Of a stretch of 47,540 bases of DNA, positions 16,230 through 23,200 are shown piece by piece. Both the position numbers and the translations under genes were made by a program. Source of the stretch: a virus; IMG/VR virus record IMGVR_UViG_3300011654_000001, positions 1 through 47,540 of that record, one strand, 5' to 3'. Below the pieces are notes generated by a model. That model was not told the origin of the DNA. It saw nothing but the letters and a program-made list of their open reading frames with translations, and searched no databases. Position 1 is the stretch's first letter. The number at the start of each line of letters is the position of its first letter.

Positions 16230-16241
16230 TCCGCGACTGAG

Positions 16242-16460
16242 TTTTGGCGAGGTTTTGGAGAGGAATTGGAGAGGATGGAAACGCCCTGTAAAATCAAGAA
16301 CTTACGCCTATACGGAATCAAAGCCTGGGACGCCGCACGAATCAGGCTCAACGCCTAGTGCCGCGCGGCTTTCGGCCAGTTTTCACGCTCAGAAATCCGC
16401 TCTTTTGCGCAATCTCCCGCGGCAACAGAATCAAACACTTACGTTTGCGTTTTGGGGAAG
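16242..16460. other. attP region (arm-type repeats plus IHF-like sites; core not resolved)
   Basis: Tandem 11-mers TTTTGGCGAGG, TTTTGGAGAGG and AATTGGAGAGG lie at 16242-74, with a fourth copy TTTTGGGGAAG at 16450-60. AATCAAGAACTTACG (16292-306) and AATCAAACACTTACG (16429-43) fit WATCAANNNNTTR. Confidence 0.55.
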
Positions 16461-16493
16461 AAATTTCCCCTATCTCAGCCCGTCCGGGCAATC

Positions 16494-17009
16494 TCAATTT
16501 CCCTTCACCGCGTCATAAGCTTTCTCACACGCCGACCCAGCTATTCCTCGCTCGTCGGCGACTCCAGCATAGAGTTGAGCAGCCTCTCCAACCCTGCCGA
16601 GCACGTCGGCTCGCACTCGGGCGGCGTATTCGGCTGCCTGGCTGAGCTGGGCAGTGATGGCATTGCCGGCGTCACGACTGCGTTGCTCAGCTGCTGCGAG
16701 GCGCTGCTGCAGCCGCTCAAGAGCACTACCAGCGCGCTCAGCATCAGTACGCGCTGCAGCCAGTTGTTCCTGTGCATCTGCATCTGCTTTCTCCGTCGCG
16801 GCCTGGCGCCGCTGGTTTTCCTGAATGACGAACAGCGCAGCGCGGCGGTCGCGCTCGCTGACTTCGGTGCGGTAGCTGGCCAGCTCGGCCTGTGCCTTCG
16901 AGGATACAAACTGCTCCGACATCACCCGGATCTGCTGCCCGCCGGCCACTAGGACCAAGGCAAGGACCCAGTAGGCCCAGCCGGGGACGAGCTTCAGCCA
17001 GGCGATCAT
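16494..17009 (-). CDS. Rz: i-spanin (Rz-like)
   Basis: 171 aa counted from ATG 17009 (ATGA overlap with the endolysin stop). It has an N-terminal TM segment WAYWVLALVLVAGG followed by a long coiled coil. Confidence 0.8.
   Translation of the reverse strand: MIAWLKLVPGWAYWVLALVLVAGGQQIRVMSEQFVSSKAQAELASYRTEVSERDRRAALFVIQENQRRQAATEKADADAQEQLAAARTDAERAGSALERLQQRLAAAEQRSRDAGNAITAQLSQAAEYAARVRADVLGRVGEAAQLYAGVADERGIAGSACEKAYDAVKGN
16541..16783 (-). CDS. Rz1: o-spanin (Rz1-like lipoprotein) embedded in Rz in another frame
   Basis: 80 aa counted from ATG 16783 (GGAGAAAG RBS). The lipobox reads LSALVVLLSGC and the mature part is Pro-rich. It lies wholly inside Rz. Confidence 0.75.
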   Translation of the reverse strand: MQMHRNNWLQRVLMLSALVVLLSGCSSASQQLSNAVVTPAMPSLPSSARQPNTPPECEPTCSAGLERLLNSMLESPTSEE

Positions 17010-17485
17010 CGCATCACCTCCCGCACCGCCGCGGCGTACCGGGCGGGCCAGCGGCTCGGATGAGGTTTTCCGGGTCGCCATGTGCGCAGATACAAATCCC
17101 AGCCGCCAGCCGCGTCATGCTCGCTTGGCAGCGGCTTCGGATCGGTCCAGAGAAGCAGTCGGGCGAATGCAGAGGCGAGCACGTCGTCACGCTCAAGCGC
17201 AGCCCATACGGCAGCAGGCTCCGGCGCAACGCCACGCGCAGCACATACGCGCCGAGCATGGTCGCGGCTCGACGGATGATTCAGCACGCCACGCACGCCG
17301 CCACCCTGTTCGAACTGATAGAGCCCGCGAGCCGGCCCGGTCGGCCACTGGCGGCGCCGCTGTTCCGGATCTTCCTGCTGCGTGATAGCCAGCAGCATGA
17401 TCTCAGCCTCTCGGCTAGACATCCGCGCAGGCAGCAGCGCGAGAGCGGGCGCTATGGCTCGCTCCCGTATTTCAGAGAGGTTCAT
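17006..17485 (-). CDS. Putative endolysin (SLT-like lytic transglycosylase features)
   Basis: 159 aa, directly coupled to Rz. Contains ...AITQQEDPEQ...GPARGLYQFEQ. Confidence 0.55.
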   Translation of the reverse strand: MNLSEIRERAIAPALALLPARMSSREAEIMLLAITQQEDPEQRRRQWPTGPARGLYQFEQGGGVRGVLNHPSSRDHARRVCAARGVAPEPAAVWAALERDDVLASAFARLLLWTDPKPLPSEHDAAGGWDLYLRTWRPGKPHPSRWPARYAAAVREVMR

Positions 17486-17502
17486 GATTTTCTTCCAGAC
17501 AG

Positions 17503-17525
17503 AAAAAAGCCCCGGCTGGCGGGGC
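17503..17525 (-). terminator. Intrinsic terminator between the tail-fibre assembly gene and the endolysin
   Basis: On the minus strand: GCCCCG-ccagc-CGGGGC followed by TTTTTT. Confidence 0.75.
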
Positions 17526-17554
17526 TATTAGATGGACTTGAATAGGGCTTACCC

Positions 17555-17761
17555 TTAATCCACCACGTGATCCCTTGCAGCCTGGCGGGCAAGCAGGATG
17601 TCGTCCGGTATGGGCACGCCAGTCTCCTGCATGCGGACCACATACCAGTCGGTAGACAAAAGATACGCCCTAGATTCTGCGTTGACGCGCTTTCGCTCGG
17701 CTGCTTCTGCCTCCGCTGCCTTCTGTTCCGCGGTTTTCAGTTGGCTCCAGTTGATGGTCAT
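17555..17761 (-). CDS. Tail fibre assembly/chaperone-like protein
   Basis: 68 aa. LLSTDWYVVRMQETGVPIPDDILLARQAARD resembles the Tfa C-terminal pattern. Confidence 0.5.
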   Translation of the reverse strand: MTINWSQLKTAEQKAAEAEAAERKRVNAESRAYLLSTDWYVVRMQETGVPIPDDILLARQAARDHVVD

Positions 17762-18102
17762 ACGGACGCCTCTACTACAGGTTCTTCAAACAGTTCAGGC
17801 TCCGGTTCAGGATCAAACGGCAGCGCAATCAGGCCATCCTGTGTGACGTGTACCGGCTCAGGAAAAGCCACAGCGCGCGAAGGGCTAGGCCCGTGCGGCA
17901 GGCGCAGGGTCAGGTGCAGGTCGCCGTTAATGCGCGACACGGGGCCGACGATCCATTCCGAATCAATCGCCTCGGCCGGCAGCGTGGCGCCCTCGGGCAG
18001 TGGACCGAAGTCGAAGGCCTGGCCGTTGAGGGTCAGTACGTCGCCTATGCAAGAGGCGGTCAGGGTTTTGTCCAGGCGGACGGGGGATAGTGTGATGCGC
18101 AT
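17758..18102 (-). CDS. Hypothetical tail-fibre-associated protein
   Basis: 114 aa counted from ATG 18102; the track start at 18144 would overlap the fibre gene by 32 nt. There is no SD, so the start is uncertain. Confidence 0.5.
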   Translation of the reverse strand: MRITLSPVRLDKTLTASCIGDVLTLNGQAFDFGPLPEGATLPAEAIDSEWIVGPVSRINGDLHLTLRLPHGPSPSRAVAFPEPVHVTQDGLIALPFDPEPEPELFEEPVVEASV

Positions 18103-18112
18103 AGATTTATAC

Positions 18113-19039
18113 TCAGTTGTACCAGCGACCAATAGCAACAGCATCGAGCTGGCTAGCAGCCCCGGCGACGCTTAGCAGGGCCTGCCAGTTGATAGGGCAT
18201 TGCGTTGAGGTCCGGCTCGATTTCCGTTGAGGCTGGCCATTAACGCGAATACTGCCGTCGTTCGATCCCCAGTTGGCAGTCACATCAGGGGTCGAAGCAA
18301 ACGCTGCGGGGTATCCCCAAATCACCGTCCCGGTGGCGCCAGCCGATACGTTGGCGACTCGAAACCCAAGCTCGGCTGACGAGAGCCAGCAAATCTGCGT
18401 GCCATCAGCGAACCGCACGTACTCCCCATTCGCATTGCTGCCACGCTCGATAATGGCGCCCGTGGGTACGCCGCTGGCTTGAGACACGGTGCCTACCAGG
18501 TTGCCGGAGTGGTAGCAGACACGCCACGGGCTCCACTCTCCCCCATTGCTGCATACCCGAAAGGCCTGTCGCCCGGCTGGTGCTGACGTGCTTGCGTAGT
18601 CCCACGCCTGTTGAGTTTTTGCCGAGTTTGTATAGGTCTGCTGAGTTTCTATGTAGACAAACGAGCCGAAGCCGGGGGGGAACGTCCCTGGGTTGCTGTT
18701 AGAAAAAAGTCCGGATTCGCCGCCAACCAGCGTGTCTATGTTCTTACCAGCCGAAGAGCTGTAGTAGTTGCCAAAGTTCGCCAATACAGCGAAGCGGGCG
18801 CCCTCCGTTGTAGCCACCGCCCCGGCAGTGGTATCAGTCGGCCCAGTCTGCACCGCCCTTGTCGCCGCCGTCCCGAGCCCGAACATATCCCGCGCGGCTT
18901 GTTTCTGCGCCGCCGTGCCTGGCAGCGCCGCCGGATACAGCTCGGCAAAGTTGGCAATGGCCTTTTCGAACGCCGTGCGGGCGCTGTCGCCACCGGCGCC
19001 GCTGCCGGTGGCGCCGAGGTTGATAATCTGTTGTGGCAT
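18113..19039 (-). CDS. Tail fibre protein
   Basis: 308 aa. The N-terminus MPQQIINLGATGSGAGGDSARTAFEKAIANFAELY is typical of phage fibre N-termini. Confidence 0.7.
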   Translation of the reverse strand: MPQQIINLGATGSGAGGDSARTAFEKAIANFAELYPAALPGTAAQKQAARDMFGLGTAATRAVQTGPTDTTAGAVATTEGARFAVLANFGNYYSSSAGKNIDTLVGGESGLFSNSNPGTFPPGFGSFVYIETQQTYTNSAKTQQAWDYASTSAPAGRQAFRVCSNGGEWSPWRVCYHSGNLVGTVSQASGVPTGAIIERGSNANGEYVRFADGTQICWLSSAELGFRVANVSAGATGTVIWGYPAAFASTPDVTANWGSNDGSIRVNGQPQRKSSRTSTQCPINWQALLSVAGAASQLDAVAIGRWYN

Positions 19040-19062
19040 GTGACATACCTTTATTTGAGCAA

Positions 19063-19085
19063 TAAAAAACCCGCACTAGGCGGGT
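19063..19085 (-). terminator. Intrinsic terminator downstream of the low-GC cassette
   Basis: On the minus strand: ACCCGC-ctagt-GCGGGT followed by TTTTTTATT. It shares the 15-mer CCCGCACTAGGCGGG with 30993-31007. Confidence 0.8.
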
Positions 19086-19212
19086 TGTCGGTTTGAAAAA
19101 TCTCGCGCCACACACCCCATTCACCAGCGGCGCGCGCCCTAAATGCACGTCTGCCGTATCCGTATTTCCAACGGCGGGGGAAACTCTGCGAGAGCCCAGC
19201 TGATAATGTAGA

Positions 19213-19240
19213 AGACTTGCTTGTTAATTACAGCAAGTCT
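19213..19240 (-). terminator. AT-rich 9-bp hairpin just after the cassette stop codon
   Basis: AGACTTGCT-10 nt-AGCAAGTCT. There is no U-run, so its function is uncertain. Confidence 0.35.
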
Positions 19241-19247
19241 AGGTTTC

Positions 19248-19946
19248 TTATAGTCCGGTAACATCGGCAACTAAGACCCTCACTCTCCCACCGAGGAAGG
19301 TAGTGTAGTCGGGGTCTTGGGGGGCAGTATCCCCCCCCAAGCTAGCTATGTACCAATTAGTAGTCCCGTACTGTACTGAGTAGCCCGAAAACAGCCTGAT
19401 ACTGTTTATTACACTAAGTAAGGCAGAGCCTTGACCTCCTGTTATTCGTCTGTGTGTTGCCGTCGTGTTGAGTTTTACAGCCAGTGTTCTCCCGGCAGTG
19501 GATTGATTGAGCACAGAGCTTACACCAAAGCTTTGTAAAGGTACGGACCCTAGTATATTTAACAGCCTGCCACCAGCGTCAAACATAAGCCCTCCTTTCT
19601 CGTCAAATATTTGTAAGCCGAAGCCGGTATTGACCGGAGGTGTTTGGTCATATAGAAATACGTAAAAACTTAAACTCACTGCACAGTTAAGTGTGTAAGT
19701 TATTGACGAGCCGGTTTGCACGGACCCTATTACAGAAACCCCAGCAGAGGATTCCCCGATGAAAAGTAATGGGTTTTTAATACCATTAAAAGTTACCTCT
19801 GCTGTGTAAGTCTCGTAAGCACCTCTGAATCCTGGGTGCGTGGAGATCAGGCTTACAAACCTTTTTTCCTTAAGGAAAAAGTTGCTAAAACTGCTATCTA
19901 TTTGAATAGTGTTGTAATCGTTGAAAATTTGAAGGCCTGCAACCAT
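19248..19946 (-). CDS. Hypothetical protein of the low-GC cassette (GLQIF-motif protein)
   Basis: 232 aa counted from ATG 19946 (TGAcATG after the upstream stop); the track start GTG 19958 overlaps that stop. Motifs are VAGLQIFNDYNTIQID and GFGLQIFDEKGGLMFDAGG. Confidence 0.65.
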   Translation of the reverse strand: MVAGLQIFNDYNTIQIDSSFSNFFLKEKRFVSLISTHPGFRGAYETYTAEVTFNGIKNPLLFIGESSAGVSVIGSVQTGSSITYTLNCAVSLSFYVFLYDQTPPVNTGFGLQIFDEKGGLMFDAGGRLLNILGSVPLQSFGVSSVLNQSTAGRTLAVKLNTTATHRRITGGQGSALLSVINSIRLFSGYSVQYGTTNWYIASLGGDTAPQDPDYTTFLGGRVRVLVADVTGL

Positions 19947-19947
19947 G

Positions 19948-20229
19948 TCATCGAACACCGTATGTTATCCTACATGACTTCCTATTCTCAGAAGCTAAGA
20001 ATGTCCATGATAATGTGTTACCTGTAACGGAGATAGTAGGAGAAAATAACCCCCCACTAGTCCCTATTGGAGAGCAATCCCAGAACGGATCTCCAAGAAG
20101 CAGCCTGTTATCAACTAGCGACCCATTGGATATGCCTGTTATGGCAGACCCAACTAGAATACCTACTCTGTCAGACAGATCTAAAACCAGCTTGCTATCT
20201 TTATCCCATATTTGCAGCCCCTGCGGCAT
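19948..20229 (-). CDS. Hypothetical protein of the low-GC cassette (GLQIW-motif protein)
   Basis: 93 aa. The ATG lies 3 nt after the J stop, with a GGGAG RBS inside the J 3' end. The N-terminus reads MPQGLQIWDKDSKLVLDLSDRVG. Confidence 0.65.
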   Translation of the reverse strand: MPQGLQIWDKDSKLVLDLSDRVGILVGSAITGISNGSLVDNRLLLGDPFWDCSPIGTSGGLFSPTISVTGNTLSWTFLASENRKSCRITYGVR

Positions 20230-20232
20230 ACC

Positions 20233-23200
20233 CTACTCCCATATCCCAAGTCGAACACGTCTCATGTCGTTTGAGTCGAAGACCTCAATCAGCTGGTTGG
20301 TGATCTTCAACCTCCCCTGCCCCGCCACCATCCCGTTAATCTCAAAGGCGCCCGTCTTGTCCAGCCTCCACCCCTGCTGGTTGGCCACATAGTTCGTGGA
20401 CTGCAACGAGTCGGCTATCTTGGCCATGGTGATCGACGCATCGCCGATCACAGCCGAGTTGATGTACACCTGCCCGCCCTGGATCACGAACGGCGTGGTG
20501 ATCTGCCCGTTGGCCACGTTGATGACCGCGAACCGATCTGCCTGGAACAGAACCTGGCTTTGCATCCCCTGCGGCGTGTTCTCGATGCCAAGCCCCATGC
20601 CGGCGCCGTAGTACTTGCCGTCACTGGTAACGCCCAATTTCACCGAGTACATCGCCTGCAGCTTGCCGTCCGTGGTCGCCTGCGCCTGGCTGACGGTCTG
20701 CACCGAGGCCGAGGCGCTATCGGCCTTGGCCTGCGCCGTATCGATGCGCGACGACAGGGCGCTGTCTGCATCAGCGCGGGCCGTGGCCTCGCTCTGCAGG
20801 GCGGCAGCAATGTCGTTGTTCACCTTGGCGCTCAGCGTCTCGACCTGCGAAGCCAGGGCGCTGTCGGCCGTGGCGCGGGCGGTCTGCTCGGCGGTGATGG
20901 CCGCCGCGTTCTGGCCAACCTGCGCGACGACCGTATCGATGCGCTGGCCCAACGCCATATCCTCGGACGCGCGGGCGGATTGCTCCGACCACACGCCCGC
21001 CAGCACCGCGGTGCTGCCCGCATTCCAGCCGGTATCGCCCGCCAATGGCGGGTTGATCTGAGCGGAAATACCGTCGATGCGGCTGGCCTGGCTGGACAGC
21101 GCGCCTTCTGTGCTGGTCACGCGCGTGTCCAGCGAGGTGATGGCGCCGGCCTGGGCCGTGTTCACGCTCTCAGCGCTGGTCACCCGGTTGGTCAGTGAGG
21201 TAATAGACTGACCTTGGCTGGTCAGCGTATTGCCCTGCTGGGTCACCGTGTTGCTCAGGCTGTTCAGCGCCTCGGCAGTGGCTGCCGCGGGAATGCGCGG
21301 GTCGGTGGTGTCATCCCAGGTCGTACCGTTCCAGCGGCTCAGCTTGTTGTTCTGACCAGCTGTGGTGTTGATCCACAGGTCACCCACCGTCAAACCAGTG
21401 GTCGGGGCTGTTGCCTGCCGATAGGTGCGCGTCTTCGTGCCGACCGTATTGGTCAGACTGGTAATCGATTGGCCTTGTGAGCTAATCGTGCCTTCAGCGC
21501 TGGTCACGCGCGTGTCGAGCGCCTGCAGCGCCGAGGCGTCAGCCTTGGTTGCCAGCCCCGACAGCGCATTGGCCGCCGCCGCGGCTGCATCCGTTGCCAC
21601 CTTGTCGGTCACCGCCGCCCACGCCGAGCCGTTCCAGCGCTTTGGCGTGTTGGCGTTGTTGGTGGTGTCGATCCACAGGTTTTGTGCCTGCCGGTCAGCT
21701 GTGGCCGGCGCGGCCGACTGGACAATCACCTTGCCCTTGCTGCCCGCCAGGGTCGCCGCATCCTGCGCCGCCTGTTGCGCCGCCGCAGCCTTGCCGTCCG
21801 CGGTGGTGACGCTGTTGGTCAGCGAGGTGATCGAAGAGCTGTTCGATGACACCGTGCTTTCAACGGTCGACACTCTCGTGGTCAACCCTGAAAGAGCCGT
21901 GGCCTGAGCGGCTTGTTGCGTCTCCGCGTTGGTGATGCGACTTTCGGCGGCCGTGATGGCCTGGGCGTTCGCCGTGTCACCCGCAGCGCGTGCTTGCTGC
22001 TCGGCCAGTAGCGAAGCGGTGGAGGCTGCCGGCGACTCCTTGCCTACCGCAATCCAGTCGATTTCGAAAACATCGTCGACCGTGCTGGTCAGCCAGATAT
22101 GAAACCGAGTGATAGTGCTATCAACCCAGTCCGTACCACCGGTGGTAAGGGCAGACATGTCCCACTCAACAATCGCCGACTGACCCACGGCAAGCCCTGG
22201 GTCCGCCACAATTTTGCGGTATGCCGAGCCGCTGCCGTGGTTCGCCGTCACGTAGGTGACATAGCCCAGCCAGCCGCTACCGGCTCTGCGCGTGATCCGC
22301 ATCCGCACTTTGGTGGAGGTCTTGCCCTCAATCGCCAGGTTTGACGGCGAGTTCAGGTATGCCGACGTGCCTGTTGCGGTAGCCGTTATCACGCCACCAC
22401 CCACGGCCAATGTCAGGCGCGTAGCCGACCAGCCCTCAAGCCCCGCATCGAAGCCGTAGTTAAGCACCGCATCGAACAGGCCTGACCTGGCCTGCAGGCT
22501 ATCGACACGCTGGGTCAGAGCGCTATCGGCATTCGCCCGCGCGGTTTGCTCGGCGGTAATGGCCGCGGCGTTGGTTGCCGCGGTGGCAGTTACCGTATCG
22601 ATGCGCGACGACAGCGCCGAATCGGCATTCGCCCGCGCCGTCTGCTCAGCTGTGATGGCCGCGGTATTGCCTGCCGCCGTGGCGGCAGTGGTGTCGATGC
22701 GCGAAGACAGCGCCGAGTCTGCGTTCGCCCGAGCGGTTGCTTCCTGCTGGATGGCTGCAGCGTTTCCGGCGGACGATGCGCTTACCGTGTCGATCCGCTG
22801 GCTTAGGTTCCCGTCTGCCGCCTGTCGCTCGGTTTTCTCGGTTGAGATGGCCGTCGCTCGGGCCTGGGACTCGACCAAGATAGCTGCCGTCCGCGACTGT
22901 GCCTCTGCCACGAATCCGTCCTGCCTGGCCTTGGCCTCCGCCGCGTCTGCATTGGCGCGTGCTACGGCCTCGGCTTGAATAGCCGCGACCCGCGCGTCAG
23001 CCTCTGCCTTTACCCTGCCAGCCACCGTCTCCGGGTTTGTAGCAGGTCCGTCGATCAGGTCGATCCTGTCAGTCAGATGCTGCCCAAGTTCAGACTCGGT
23101 GATCTGGCCAGTGATGTACTCAAGGATCGCCGTCGCGTCAGCGCTGGACTGTCCCATTACCCAGTCAGACCACGGACCAATGTTGCCAGTCCGGTCGATC

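Noticed and set aside
16230-16493. Searched the attP region and the other gaps over 150 nt (5807-6288, 8056-8318, 19086-19247, 36996-37322, 42870-43118) for tRNA genes or tRNA 3' fragments.
   Set aside because: I found no T-arm (GGTTCGAnnCC-like with a complementary stem) and no acceptor-CCA pattern by eye. This is a manual scan, so tRNAscan/ARAGORN should confirm it.
17486-17554. Looked for a holin gene directly upstream of the endolysin.
   Set aside because: The interval holds only a 69-nt spacer containing a terminator. The only holin-like ORFs are at 42358-42869.
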